In this document: positions 10,212 through 20,083 of the stretch, in pieces | How positions within the stretch are numbered: the stretch's first letter is position 1 | How the letters are laid out: every line of letters starts with the position of its first letter | Assembly (NCBI GenBank): GCA_048268145.1 | Contig: JBLWWC010000003.1 | Location: 1,522 to 65,521 of the forward strand | Source: Qipengyuania sp. | Lineage (GTDB): Bacteria > Pseudomonadota > Alphaproteobacteria > Sphingomonadales > Sphingomonadaceae | Direction: 5' to 3' | Length of the DNA stretch: 64,000 nucleotides | Translations under genes and position numbers: made by a program | Notes under the pieces: model-generated | What the model was told of the DNA's origin: nothing | Databases searched by the model: none | Seen by the model: only the letters and a program-made list of their open reading frames with translations

Positions 10212-10303
10212 GTCGCCCCGGCCTCCGAGCCGGGGGCCAGCTTCTTTGGGCGATGGACGGCTGGAAGCAAGGCAGCGGGACCCCGGATCAAGTCCGGGGT
10301 GAC
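10212..10303. repeat. REP/MITE-like palindromic intergenic element
   Basis: Terminal inverted repeats GTCGCCCCGG / CCGGGGTGAC and two internal hairpins CCCCGG-CCTCCGAG-CCGGGG and CCCCGG-ATCAAGT-CCGGGG. Confidence 0.75.
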
Positions 10304-10327
10304 GGTAATGAGAAGGCGTATGGGGCC

Positions 10328-10780
10328 TCAGCGCCCCGCCTCTTTCGCCACCGCGTCGAGAATGCCGTTCACGAACTTGGCTTCGCGGTCGTCGAAGAAC
10401 GCCTTGGCCACATCGACATATTCATTGATCGCGCTGGCCTTGGGCACGTCGGGGCGGGCGATCAGTTCATATGCGCCCGCGCGCAGGATTTGCAGCATGG
10501 TCTTGTCGAGCCGGGCCAGCGTCCACCCTTCTGCCAAGCGCGCGGTCAGCTTGCCGTCGATCTCGTCCCGGCGGGCATCGACGCCGCTGACGACATCGTC
10601 GAAGAAATCAACATCGGCCTCGGCATATTCCTCGTCCTCGATCACGCGGCCGAGGCGGTGCTGGTGAAACTCATCCAGAAGTCGCGCGAGCTTTGTGCCT
10701 TCCATCTGCTGCTGGTAAAGCGCCTGCACGGCGCCAAGGCGGGCGGCGCTTCTGGCCTGGGATTTGGAATTCTGGTTCAT
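10328..10780 (-). CDS. nusB: Transcription antitermination factor NusB
   Basis: ARSAARLGAVQALYQ, RLDKTMLQILRAGAYEL, INEYVDVAKAF, FVNGILD; ATG overlaps hisD stop. Confidence 0.95.
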   Translation of the reverse strand: MNQNSKSQARSAARLGAVQALYQQQMEGTKLARLLDEFHQHRLGRVIEDEEYAEADVDFFDDVVSGVDARRDEIDGKLTARLAEGWTLARLDKTMLQILRAGAYELIARPDVPKASAINEYVDVAKAFFDDREAKFVNGILDAVAKEAGR

Positions 10781-12066
10781 TTCAATCTCGTGGAAATCGA
10801 CAGGGCATGCGCGGGGAGGCCTTCTGCCTCCGCCAGCTTGACCGCCGCCGGGCCGATCGCGGCGAGCGCGGCCTGCGAAGCGTCGATAAAGCTGGTGCGC
10901 TTCATGAAATCGAGCACCGACAAGCCGCTGGCGAAGCGTGCGCGGCGGCCGGTGGGAAGGACGTGGTTCGGCCCGGCGATGTAATCGCCGACTGCCTCGG
11001 GCGTGTGGCGGCCCATGAACACGCTGCCTGCATGGCGCATGGTATCGAACAGCGCCTGCGGATCGTCGACCATCAGCTCGACATGTTCGGCGGCCAGACG
11101 GTCGGACAGGGCAGGCGCTTCGGCCAGGCTGTCGACGATGACGATCAGGCCGTGCGCGTCCCAGCTCGCCTTGGCAGTCTTGGCAGTCGCCAGCTTCATC
11201 AACGCCAGGTCGATCGCGTCTTCCACCTGCCGCGCGAGCGGTTCGCTGTCGGTGATGAGGATGGACTGGCTGGTGGGATCGTGTTCCGCCTGGCTGAGCA
11301 GGTCGGCGGCGATCCATTCGGGGTTGTTGTTCTCATCCGCAATGACGAGAATTTCGCTCGGTCCCGCGACCATGTCGATGCCGACGACGCCATAAAGCTG
11401 GCGCTTCGCCTCAGCCACCCAGGCATTGCCGGGGCCTGCGATCACATCGACCTTGCCGATCCTTTTCGTGCCGTAGGCAAGGGCGGCAATCGCCTGCGCC
11501 CCGCCGACGCGCCAGATTTCGTCCACGCCGGCAATATGCGCGGCGGCAAGGACCAGCGGGTTCGCCTCACCCTTGGGCGTGGGCGTCGTCACGACAAGGC
11601 GATCGACCCCGGCGACCTTGGCCGGGATGGCATTCATCAGCAGCGAGGATGGGTATGCCGCGCGTCCGCCGGGTACGTAGAGGCCCGCTGCATCCACCGC
11701 ATTCCAGCGCGCGCCAAGCCGCATGCCGATATCGTCGGTATAGTCGCGGTCTTCCGGCAGCTGGCCTTGGTGATAGGCGCGGATACGGCTGGCGGCGGTT
11801 TCCAGCGCCTCGCGCAGATCCGCATCGAGCGCGTCGTAGGCCGCGCGGCAGTCTTCGGGCGAAATCTGCCAGTCGCGGTCTGTGCCGAGCGCGTGATTGT
11901 CGAACCGGGTGGTGTATTCGACCAGTGCATCGTCGCCGCGTTCGCGCACTTCGTGGATCATCGCGCTGACATCGCGGCCGACCTGCTGGTCGCTCTCGCG
12001 CCGGTCGCGCACGATGCGCGCGAAGGTTTTCTCGAACCCTTCGTCCGATGAACGCAGGATCTGCAT
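10777..12066 (-). CDS. hisD: Histidinol dehydrogenase
   Basis: GLYVPGG, GGAQAIAALAYGT, GIDMVAGPSE, DLLSQAEHD, GPNHVLPT. Confidence 0.97.
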   Translation of the reverse strand: MQILRSSDEGFEKTFARIVRDRRESDQQVGRDVSAMIHEVRERGDDALVEYTTRFDNHALGTDRDWQISPEDCRAAYDALDADLREALETAASRIRAYHQGQLPEDRDYTDDIGMRLGARWNAVDAAGLYVPGGRAAYPSSLLMNAIPAKVAGVDRLVVTTPTPKGEANPLVLAAAHIAGVDEIWRVGGAQAIAALAYGTKRIGKVDVIAGPGNAWVAEAKRQLYGVVGIDMVAGPSEILVIADENNNPEWIAADLLSQAEHDPTSQSILITDSEPLARQVEDAIDLALMKLATAKTAKASWDAHGLIVIVDSLAEAPALSDRLAAEHVELMVDDPQALFDTMRHAGSVFMGRHTPEAVGDYIAGPNHVLPTGRRARFASGLSVLDFMKRTSFIDASQAALAAIGPAAVKLAEAEGLPAHALSISTRLK

Positions 12067-12722
12067 CAGGCGGCCTCACCCGTTGCGGCGTCCGCCCGGA
12101 ACGCCTCGACCAGAGCGGCGACTCGCGGATCTGTCTTCAAGGCTGCGCGGTTGACGATCAGGCGGGCGGAAATGTCGAGAATGCGGCTGGTTTCGACCAG
12201 TCCGTTTTCGCGCAATGTCGCGCCGCTGGAAACCAGATCGACGATCCGCCCCGCAAGCCCCAGCGCGGGGGCGATTTCCATCGCGCCATTCAACTTCACG
12301 CATTCGGCCTGCACGCCGCGCTTTTCAAAATGACGGCGGGTGAGGTTGGGATATTTTGTCGCGACCCGCACATGGCTCGCCCCGTCGACGCTGGCCGCGC
12401 CGCCTTTCGGTTCGGCCACCGCAAGGTGGCAATGCCCGATATCGAGATCGACTGGGGCGTAAAGATCGGCATAATCGAATTCCTCGATCACGTCGGAACC
12501 CACGATGCCCAGCTGCGCTGCGCCATGCGCCACAAATGTCGCCACATCGAAGGCGCGTACGCGGATCAGCCGCATGTCATCGCGCGTGGTGGCGAAGGTG
12601 AGCGAGCGGTTGGCCTTGTCGTGGAAGTCCTCTTCAGGCACGACGCCCGCGCGCGCCATCACAGGCAACGCCTCGTCGAGGATACGCCCCTTGGGCACGG
12701 CGAAGGTCAGGCTGTCGCTCAT
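12066..12722 (-). CDS. hisG: ATP phosphoribosyltransferase, short form
   Basis: [41 protein letters not shown]; no C-terminal regulatory domain. Confidence 0.95.
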   Translation of the reverse strand: MSDSLTFAVPKGRILDEALPVMARAGVVPEEDFHDKANRSLTFATTRDDMRLIRVRAFDVATFVAHGAAQLGIVGSDVIEEFDYADLYAPVDLDIGHCHLAVAEPKGGAASVDGASHVRVATKYPNLTRRHFEKRGVQAECVKLNGAMEIAPALGLAGRIVDLVSSGATLRENGLVETSRILDISARLIVNRAALKTDPRVAALVEAFRADAATGEAA

Positions 12723-12763
12723 GGCCGCGCAGATAGGCAGCACAAGGCGAAAGGGCAACACGA

Positions 12764-13831
12764 ATGGCGGACGGGGCAGTCATGGAAATCGTTTCAGTGC
12801 CGCAAGCCATCGAATGGCAAGCGCAGCACGCCGAACAGAACGGCGCGCCCGGTACGGCGCGGATCGTGCGCGCACTGCTGGCGCTGGAGGGGAGCCAAGC
12901 GGCGACCGCGCGGCGCATTCATGGCTGGCAGGGGTTGAGCCTGCGCGACGCCATGCCGCTGCGGATTGCGGGCGGCATTCACAACCTGCTGCTGACCGGC
13001 GAGGAGCCGCGGCTCGAAACCGTCTATGCCGGATTGATGAGCGATCAGGCGCAGGTCGATGCGCTGGTGCGCGAAGTGGTCGAAACCCACGATGCGCGGC
13101 TGATGCCGTGGCTCGACGGACCGCCGCAGACCAATGAGGTGGGGCGTTCAGCCAGCATCATGGCCGGGCTGTTGTGGCTGGCGGACGGGCGCGTCGCCCC
13201 GCGCTTCGAATTGCTGGAAATCGGGGCCAGCGCAGGCATCAACACGATGATGGGCCGTTATCGTTACGATCTTGGCGGGGTATCGGCGGGTCCGTCGGGC
13301 AGCCGGATGCGGATCGCACCTGAATGGCGCGGCGCTTCACCACCGGGCAGCGATGCGGCGATTGTCGAGGCGCGCGGGAGCGACATTGCGCCGGTCGACC
13401 TGACCGACCGCGCACAGGCGCTAAGACTGAAGAGCTTCGTCTGGCCCGAGGCATCGCAGCGGATGGGCCGGATCGACACCGCCATCGAAATGGCGGAGCG
13501 CATGCCGCCCGACATCGCGCGCTGCGATGCCGGCGATTGGGTGTGCGAGCAGCTTGCCACCCCGCAAGAGGAAGGCACGACGCGCGTGCTCGTTCATTCG
13601 ATCATGTGGCAATATCTGCCCGACACGACGCAAACGCGGATCGAGGAGGCGATGATGGCGGCCGGCAAGGCTGCGGATGCCGAGCGGCCGCTCGCCTGGA
13701 TTGCCCTTGAAACCAACCGCGAAACCTTCGCGCATGAGCTGCATGTGCGCTACTGGCCCGGAGGGGAGAAAGCTGTGCATCTGGCCAACGCACACCCACA
13801 TGGTGAATGGGTTGAGTGGCTTAGTGCCTAA
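12764..13831 (+). CDS. DUF2332 family protein
   Basis: [47 protein letters not shown]. Confidence 0.85.
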   Translation: MADGAVMEIVSVPQAIEWQAQHAEQNGAPGTARIVRALLALEGSQAATARRIHGWQGLSLRDAMPLRIAGGIHNLLLTGEEPRLETVYAGLMSDQAQVDALVREVVETHDARLMPWLDGPPQTNEVGRSASIMAGLLWLADGRVAPRFELLEIGASAGINTMMGRYRYDLGGVSAGPSGSRMRIAPEWRGASPPGSDAAIVEARGSDIAPVDLTDRAQALRLKSFVWPEASQRMGRIDTAIEMAERMPPDIARCDAGDWVCEQLATPQEEGTTRVLVHSIMWQYLPDTTQTRIEEAMMAAGKAADAERPLAWIALETNRETFAHELHVRYWPGGEKAVHLANAHPHGEWVEWLSA

Positions 13832-14736
13832 TTGGTTCCTTTCAGGAAAGCTGCCATTGCGTCGTTGACCGCATCGGGCGCTTCCCACGGCACGAAATGC
13901 CCGCAATCCGGCACTTCGACGATGGTCAGGTCTTCGATAATATCGTCCAGCCCGGCAAGGTTTTCCGGCGGCAGGGCAAGGTCGTCCATCGCCCAGATAA
14001 CCAGCGTTGGCAGGGTCAGTGCCGGAAGGGGCGGGGGCGCATAGTCGGCCGGGATTTCGTAGGGCGTATCGATCGTCGGGATATCGATGGGGCTGGCGCG
14101 ATACCAGTTGAGCATGGCGAAAGCGGCGTCGCGATCCTGCCAGTCTTCGAGCAGTCGGGCGCGTTCTTCGGGTTCCATCTTGTCCGCTTCGTCCCAGCGG
14201 ATTTCCTGCAGCAGCAATCCGCCCAGCCCATGTTCACGCACAAGCGCATCGTTGGCCGGATCGCGAAAGCCGCGCATATACTGGCTTGCCTCGCGCTGGA
14301 CCTTATTGGTGTAGAGCAGCTTCTGGAAGGTCAGCGGGTGCGGCGCATTGGCGATGACAACCCGGTCCACCCGGCCATTGGCCTGCCCCCAATAGGCCGT
14401 ACCCCAGGCAATCGCGCCGCCCCAGTCATGGCCGACCACGGTGAAATTCTCCACCTCCAGCGCATCGGCCAGTGCGAAGACATCGCCGATCAGCTTGTCA
14501 GGCGTGTAGGCGTCCACGCCCTGCGGTTTGGACGATCCGCGATAGCCGCGCTGGTCGGGCGCAATGCAGCGGAAATCCTTGGAGAAACGCGCGATCTGAT
14601 GTCGCCATGTCCGATGACTCTCGGGGAAGCCGTGCAGGAAGATGAGGGCGGGGGCATCGCGCGGCCCCTCATCCACCACGTCGAGTTCGATTCCGGTGGC
14701 GAGTTTTACGCGTTTTTGCGCGAAGGCGGTGCTCAT
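13828..14736 (-). CDS. Alpha/beta hydrolase, epoxide-hydrolase-like
   Basis: FLHGFPE, DQRGYRGS, VGHDWGG nucleophile motif, GHFVPWE; ATG at 14736 overlaps SDR stop. Confidence 0.88.
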   Translation of the reverse strand: MSTAFAQKRVKLATGIELDVVDEGPRDAPALIFLHGFPESHRTWRHQIARFSKDFRCIAPDQRGYRGSSKPQGVDAYTPDKLIGDVFALADALEVENFTVVGHDWGGAIAWGTAYWGQANGRVDRVVIANAPHPLTFQKLLYTNKVQREASQYMRGFRDPANDALVREHGLGGLLLQEIRWDEADKMEPEERARLLEDWQDRDAAFAMLNWYRASPIDIPTIDTPYEIPADYAPPPLPALTLPTLVIWAMDDLALPPENLAGLDDIIEDLTIVEVPDCGHFVPWEAPDAVNDAMAAFLKGTN

Positions 14737-15545
14737 TGTTCCGCCTCCATCCGCTCCATATAGCCCGCACCGACCATCGCCGCGACCTGATCGAACAGCG
14801 CATCGGGCGTGCGGCGCATCTCGCCCATCTGTTCCTCCACCCCGCGCGCGACGATGATTTCGCGCTCGCCGTTCGCCATCGCCTCGATCATGGTGGTGGC
14901 GGCTTCGTCTGCCGGAATGCCTTCGTCGATGGCCTTGTCGCTGCGATCGCGCGGGCTGCCATCGCCGGTCAGCGCGTTGCGGCTGACATTGGTGGCGATG
15001 GAGCCGGGGTAGACGACATGCACGGCGACGCCCGATTGCGACAGCTCCGCCCGCAGCGCATCGGCATAGCCCGCCAGCCCGAACTTGGCCGCGCAATAGG
15101 CGGTGCGCATCGGTACGCCGACCTTGCCCGCAATAGAGGAGATAAACGCCACCGCCCCGCTGCCGCGCTCGGTCATGTGGCCGATCAGACTTTGCGCAAA
15201 GGCGATCTGCGCGGTGAGGTCGATATCGATGATGTCGCGATAGACCTGCATATCGGTCTTCAAGGCGCGGCTGCGCTGTGAAATTCCGGCATTGGCGACC
15301 GCGATGTCGATGCCGCCCTTCCATTGGATCGCGCGGTCGACGGCATGGGTGAGCGCTTCATCGTCGCGCACATCGAAAGGCAGGACCAGCGCTTCGCCGC
15401 AATCGGCAGCCACTTCTGCCAGCCGCGCCTCGTCCCGCCCCGACAGAACGATATGCGCGCCGCGCCCGGCCCATTCGCGCGCCAGTGCCGCGCCGATCCC
15501 GCTGCTGGCCCCGGTAATCCAGACAGTTTTGCCTTCGAAACCCAT
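14733..15545 (-). CDS. Short-chain dehydrogenase/reductase
   Basis: TGASSGIG, ANAGIS, YCAAK (YxxxK); alternative start 15560. Confidence 0.92.
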   Translation of the reverse strand: MGFEGKTVWITGASSGIGAALAREWAGRGAHIVLSGRDEARLAEVAADCGEALVLPFDVRDDEALTHAVDRAIQWKGGIDIAVANAGISQRSRALKTDMQVYRDIIDIDLTAQIAFAQSLIGHMTERGSGAVAFISSIAGKVGVPMRTAYCAAKFGLAGYADALRAELSQSGVAVHVVYPGSIATNVSRNALTGDGSPRDRSDKAIDEGIPADEAATTMIEAMANGEREIIVARGVEEQMGEMRRTPDALFDQVAAMVGAGYMERMEAEQ

Positions 15546-15556
15546 TCCCTCTCCCT

Positions 15557-16441
15557 TCATGGATATGTGACCGTCTTGGGTGCGCCGCCAGGAAGGGGGA
15601 TGAATTCCTCGCTATCTCCGGGGACTTCGGCAAACCGGCCGGCACGCCAGTCATCCTTGGCCTGTTCGATACGGTCGCGGCTGGAGCTGACGAAGTTCCA
15701 CCACGCATGGCGCTTGGTGGCAAAGGACTCACCGCCCAGCAGCATGGCGCGCGCACCGCCCTCGCTCGTCAGCGTCATCGCCTTGCCGGGCTCGAGGACA
15801 CTCAGCTCGTAAAGGCGCAGCGGCGTGCCATCCAGCGACGCCTCGCCGCCCACCAGCATCACCGCGCGTTCGTCGGCATCGGCCTCGATCGGGATCGCGC
15901 CGCACGCGCCCAGCACGATTTCTGCATAGATCGTCTCGGCATAGGTGGTGGTGGCCGCGCGCTGGCCCCACAATGCGCCCATGATGACAACGGCTTTTGC
16001 CCCGCCGTCTTCGATGACGGGGAGGTCGCTGACCGCTTCGAAGGCCGGGTCGATCTCCTCGCGCCCGTCAGGCAGGGCGAGCCATGTCTGCATGCCGTAA
16101 AGCTGCGGCCCGGCATCGCGCTCGCTTTGGGGCGAGCGTTCGGAATGCACGATGCCGCTGCCCGCCGTCATCAGGTTCACCTGACCGGGCCGGATGGTCG
16201 AAAAGCTGCCCAGACTGTCGCGATGATCGATCGCGCCCTGAAACAACCAGGTCACAGTGGCGAGGTTGATGTGCGGATGCGGGCGCACGTCCATGCCGCT
16301 GCCGATATCGAGCTGCGCCGGGCCGAACTGGTCGACGAAGATGAAAGGGCCGACCATCGTGCGTTCCCGCGCGGGAAGAACGCGGCGGACCTCGAACTGG
16401 CCGAGATCGTGGGTGGTGGGTGTGATGGTCTGGGCGATCAT
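15557..16441 (-). CDS. Pirin family protein
   Basis: VRPHPHINLATVT, HRDSLG, MTAGSGIVHSE, WWNFVSS. Confidence 0.93.
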   Translation of the reverse strand: MIAQTITPTTHDLGQFEVRRVLPARERTMVGPFIFVDQFGPAQLDIGSGMDVRPHPHINLATVTWLFQGAIDHRDSLGSFSTIRPGQVNLMTAGSGIVHSERSPQSERDAGPQLYGMQTWLALPDGREEIDPAFEAVSDLPVIEDGGAKAVVIMGALWGQRAATTTYAETIYAEIVLGACGAIPIEADADERAVMLVGGEASLDGTPLRLYELSVLEPGKAMTLTSEGGARAMLLGGESFATKRHAWWNFVSSSRDRIEQAKDDWRAGRFAEVPGDSEEFIPLPGGAPKTVTYP

Positions 16442-16461
16442 GTTTTCCTCTCTTTCTCCGC

Positions 16462-16734
16462 TTAAGGAGTTGGCGCGCTCGCCTGGATGGCGACGGCGTG
16501 GACACGCTCGCCCACGATATCGCCCAGCGCGGCGATCACCGCGCGCTGGCGCTGAAGGCGGGACATGTCGGCAAAGGCGGGCGCTTCGATCACCACGGTG
16601 AAGTGCGATTCTCCGCTCCCATCGTCACCTGTATGGCCATGATGCTTCGCGCTGTCGTTGATGACCTCGAGCCGGGTGGGCGCGAAGGCTTCCTGCAAGA
16701 GCGTTTCCATTTCCTGCTGGACGGTTGCGGCCAT
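16462..16734 (-). CDS. bolA: BolA family protein
   Basis: INDSAKHHGH, GESHF, SRLQRQR, VHAVAI. Confidence 0.9.
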   Translation of the reverse strand: MAATVQQEMETLLQEAFAPTRLEVINDSAKHHGHTGDDGSGESHFTVVIEAPAFADMSRLQRQRAVIAALGDIVGERVHAVAIQASAPTP

Positions 16735-16792
16735 ACGACAAATCTCCTTTGCGGGGTTTCCTAAACCGCAATCCGTCCCCATTCTAGGGCGA

Positions 16793-17386
16793 ATGCGGCA
16801 ATCGAAATTTCACGGACGGTACGAAAACAGCGAGCGTGTGTGCGAACACCCCGCCTGCGGCGAACCGGGCGAATTTCGCGCGCCGGGCAGTGGCGGGCAC
16901 AGTTTCGACGGGCCGGGCGACTGGCGCTGGCTGTGCCTCGACCATGTGCGCGAATTCAACGCCGGTTATGACTGGTTTGAAGGGATGAGCGCGGAAGAAA
17001 TCCTCCATGCGCAGGCCCCGGCGGCGGGCTGGCGCACGGAACAGCCCGCCTTTCGCCCCAATGGCGGGGTCGACGGCATGCCGCGCTGGTCCGACTTTAC
17101 CGACCCGCTCGACGCGATTTCCGCGCGCGCCGGTGGCATCCGCAGCCGTGCCGAGCGCGAGGCGACGATGGCGATGGATGGCCGCTTCTCCAAGGAAGAG
17201 GCGCAGGCGCTGGAAACGATGGGGCTGGGTCTCGACACCGACCGGCGGCGCTTGCGCAAACGCTATTCGGAACTGGTGCGCCGCTATCACCCCGACCGCA
17301 ATGGCGGCGATCGGGGCTATGAAGCGCGGCTCGGCCGGGTGGTCGAAGCCTATCAGACGCTGCGCAAGAGCCGCGCCATCGCCTAG
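16793..17386 (+). CDS. J-domain (DnaJ-like) protein, alphaproteobacterial type
   Basis: N-terminal CEHPAC...CLDHVREFNAGY motif and C-terminal J domain with YHPD. Confidence 0.88.
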   Translation: MRQSKFHGRYENSERVCEHPACGEPGEFRAPGSGGHSFDGPGDWRWLCLDHVREFNAGYDWFEGMSAEEILHAQAPAAGWRTEQPAFRPNGGVDGMPRWSDFTDPLDAISARAGGIRSRAEREATMAMDGRFSKEEAQALETMGLGLDTDRRRLRKRYSELVRRYHPDRNGGDRGYEARLGRVVEAYQTLRKSRAIA

Positions 17387-17754
17387 CCGGGGGGATGCCC
17401 TTCGACATATTGTTCGACGATGGTTTCGAACCCGCCAAAGACCATATGCGAGCCGTCAAAGGGCATTTCTCCGAAATCGGCCATGAGCGGGTCGCTTTCC
17501 ATTTCTGTCTCGAACCGGTCTGCGGCGGCCTTGTCGGGCCAGATAATCCAGCTGAACACCACCTTTTCGCCTGGTTCGCATTTGACCGCGCGGCGGAAAT
17601 CGGTGGTCTTGCCATCGCGCACATCGGCCTCCCACGCTTCGACCTGGCTGAGCGCGCCGTGATCCCTTGCGATAGGCCAGAACTTCTCCGCCGTTTCGCG
17701 ATAGGCATCTTTGCTGCCTTCCGGCACGGCGACGACAAATCCGCTTACATACAT
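17383..17754 (-). CDS. DUF1428 (YbaA-like) protein
   Basis: MYVSGFVVAVP, GKTTDFRRAVK, VVFSWIIWPDK, MPFDG..MVFGGF; AAGGAG RBS. Confidence 0.88.
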   Translation of the reverse strand: MYVSGFVVAVPEGSKDAYRETAEKFWPIARDHGALSQVEAWEADVRDGKTTDFRRAVKCEPGEKVVFSWIIWPDKAAADRFETEMESDPLMADFGEMPFDGSHMVFGGFETIVEQYVEGHPPG

Positions 17755-17828
17755 GGTCGTTCTCCTTGCTTGTCGGGTGGGGGCTTGTCGGGTCGAGGTC
17801 ACGCCTGGGGATGGGCGGTGGGCCTATG

Positions 17829-18314
17829 TCAGCCGCCCTTGATGGCCGTTTCTATGGCGGCGTGATCGATCTTGACCATTGCGCCCATCGCTTCGAACAC
17901 GCGCGCATGCACCGCCTCGTCGCGGTGGCGCAGGCCCTCCATCAATATGCGCGGGACGATCTGTCAGCGCACGCCAAACCTGTCCTTGAGCCAGCTGCAC
18001 ATCATCGGCTCTCCGCCATCGGCGAGCAGCGCGTCCCAGTAGCGGTCGGTTTCTTCCTGCGTGTCGGTATAGACCTGGAGCGAGATCGCATCGGTGAACT
18101 GCGTGTTGTCGCCGCCATTCAATGCTAGCACCGGCTGGCCCATCAGCGTGAATTCGACCGTGATGACATCGCCCGCGCTCCCGCCCGGATAATCGCCGGG
18201 GGCCGTGTTGACGTGGTCGATCCGGCTGTCGGGAAAGATGCCGGCGTAGAGCATGGCCGCCTCCTCGCCGTTTCCATCGAACCACAGACACGGAGCCAGT
18301 TTCGCATCGGTCAT
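17829..18314 (-). pseudogene. VOC/PhnB-like protein interrupted by in-frame TGA at 17964-17966
   Basis: MTDAKLAPCLWFDG...CSWLKDRFGVR*QIVPRILMEGL...IETAIKGG*; the frame continues 45 codons past the TGA, which sits where the family has Trp (KDxFGVSWQIVP). Confidence 0.8.
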
Positions 18315-18465
18315 GCCTCTCTCCTCGGTCGCGCTTGTACACCGCTTCCAGCCGTCGGCGACAGGGTTATTCGCAAGAGGCGCGACCGGACGAGCGACAG
18401 GGTGGGCGAACGGGTGGGCGAACGGGTGTTGTGCCTGGCCGTGGATGTGGTTACTGAAGGCAACC

Positions 18466-19161
18466 ATGGAGTCACCAAAGGTTACACGGACGGCGGGGCC
18501 GGTCCATGGGAGATGGTATTCCGACGCATCGGGGGCGGCCTTTGCGATGGAATTGCTGGGCCAACGCTGGTCGATGCTGATCGTACGAGAGCTGCTGTCG
18601 GGCGGGCGGCGGTTTACCGACCTGCGTAACGATCTTCCCGGCATTTCGGCCAAGGTTTTGACCGAACGGCTGGCGACGCTGGAAGAAGGCGGCGTGGTCA
18701 CCCGCCGTCAGCTCGAAGCGCCCGCGCGGGGGCAGGTCTACGAGCTGACCGAGTGGGGCGCGAGCGCGGAGCCAGCGATTCAGGAACTGACTCGCTGGGC
18801 CAGCCAGTCGCCCGACATCAATTCGCAGTTACCTTTGTCAACTGCCTCTCTGATGCTGGAATTAAAGGCCGCGCTCGACCCGCTACGCACGGTAGGGGTG
18901 GAGTTGCGCATCGGGTTTGGCATCGGGCGGGACAAATATCTCGCTGAGTTACAAGGCGGTACGCTGGAGGTGGAACGTGGCCGGTTCGACCGGGCGCAGG
19001 CGATTTTCTATGCCGACAGCGCCGCGCCGCTGGCCGAACTGTTCATGGGCGACGCCACCGTGGACGCGCTGGAAGAGGACGAGATCATCGAAATCTTCGG
19101 CAAACGGGATCTGGCGTTACAATTTGTAACCTTGTTTTCGACCGCATCCGAACAGCGCTGA
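18466..19161 (+). CDS. HxlR-family winged-helix regulator with SCP2-like C-terminal domain
   Basis: AMELLGQRWSMLIVREL, RRFTDLRNDLPGISAKVLTERL, VYELTEWG; divergent from the VOC gene. Confidence 0.88.
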   Translation: MESPKVTRTAGPVHGRWYSDASGAAFAMELLGQRWSMLIVRELLSGGRRFTDLRNDLPGISAKVLTERLATLEEGGVVTRRQLEAPARGQVYELTEWGASAEPAIQELTRWASQSPDINSQLPLSTASLMLELKAALDPLRTVGVELRIGFGIGRDKYLAELQGGTLEVERGRFDRAQAIFYADSAAPLAELFMGDATVDALEEDEIIEIFGKRDLALQFVTLFSTASEQR

Positions 19162-19182
19162 CGCAAGTCACCAAAAGTAACC

Positions 19183-20028
19183 TCAATTCTGGCGGAACGC
19201 CCAGCGCAGCGTCTTGCCCATTCCCCAAGTCGCGGCGCGAGCGGGCAGGGCAGCCAGGCCAGGCCGCTCCAGCCCCAGCATCGAACGCGCGAAAGGCGGC
19301 AGGATCGCCACCGCCTCGGCCCCGAGCATCGCCTGCAGGGCGGCGGGCGCGCCCTCGGGCCGCTGAGTCAGCACAAGATTGGCAATTTCACGCGCCTGCG
19401 GGCTGGTACGCAGCTGGCCGCGCATTTCGCGGAAGAGGATTTCCGCCTCTGTCTGGCTGCGGGGAACCGGATTGGCTCCTAAATTCTCGGCAATAGTAGC
19501 GAACTGGTTATAATACGCGTCTCGCTCTGCTATCGACATATCGGGCCGGACATGGCGGAGATAGGCGGCAAGGAAACTCGTTGCTTCGGCCACGTGAACC
19601 CAGGCGAGCGTCTGCGGATCGCGCGCAGAATAGGGCGTGCCGTCGGGCAATGTCCCGTGAACCCGTTCGTGGATGCGGTTGACCCGCTCGATCGCCTCCG
19701 TGGCGCTGTCACGATGGCCGAAGGTCGTAACCGCAATGAACCGCGCGGTTCGGCGCAGTCGGCCATGCATGTCGGTGCGAAAATTCGAATGGTCGAGCAC
19801 ACCCTGCAACGCATGCGGGTGGAGCATCTGGAGCAACAGGCTGCGGATACCGCCCACCATCATCGCCACCACATCGGCATGGACCATGCGGATCGGAGAA
19901 TCGCGCTCGAACAGTGCCTCGTCGGAAGGCGGGATCGGCTCCTGCCCCGCGCCGACGTCGTTGAACACGGCGCGAACCCGCCCGACGAGCCGCGTACGCA
20001 GCATTTCTGATAGGTCCGGTTTGGCCAT
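19183..20028 (-). CDS. Oxygenase MpaB family (DUF2236) protein
   Basis: VHADVVAMMVGGIRSLLLQMLHP, GRLRRTARF, YSARDPQTLAWVH. Confidence 0.85.
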   Translation of the reverse strand: MAKPDLSEMLRTRLVGRVRAVFNDVGAGQEPIPPSDEALFERDSPIRMVHADVVAMMVGGIRSLLLQMLHPHALQGVLDHSNFRTDMHGRLRRTARFIAVTTFGHRDSATEAIERVNRIHERVHGTLPDGTPYSARDPQTLAWVHVAEATSFLAAYLRHVRPDMSIAERDAYYNQFATIAENLGANPVPRSQTEAEILFREMRGQLRTSPQAREIANLVLTQRPEGAPAALQAMLGAEAVAILPPFARSMLGLERPGLAALPARAATWGMGKTLRWAFRQN

Positions 20029-20083
20029 CACAGGCCAATATAGGCTTGGCGCGCGCGGGATAAATGCCTAACCCGCCCATGCA

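Noticed and set aside
10328-11317. N-terminally extended ORF-track versions of nusB, ruvX, pyrE, tesB, moaE, the hydrolase at 13828 and others
   Set aside because: Extensions overlap neighbouring genes and lack RBS or homology; shorter starts were used
12066-12722. hisG as a truncated gene
   Set aside because: Short-form HisG that works with HisZ is normal in alphaproteobacteria
17964-17966. In-frame UGA as selenocysteine
   Set aside because: It aligns to a conserved Trp rather than Cys, and I could not identify a SECIS-like hairpin directly downstream
18400-18428. 12-bp tandem repeat GGGTGGGCGAAC (about 2.4 copies) in the VOC/HxlR gap
   Set aside because: Too few copies to support phase variation; probably a local slippage duplication
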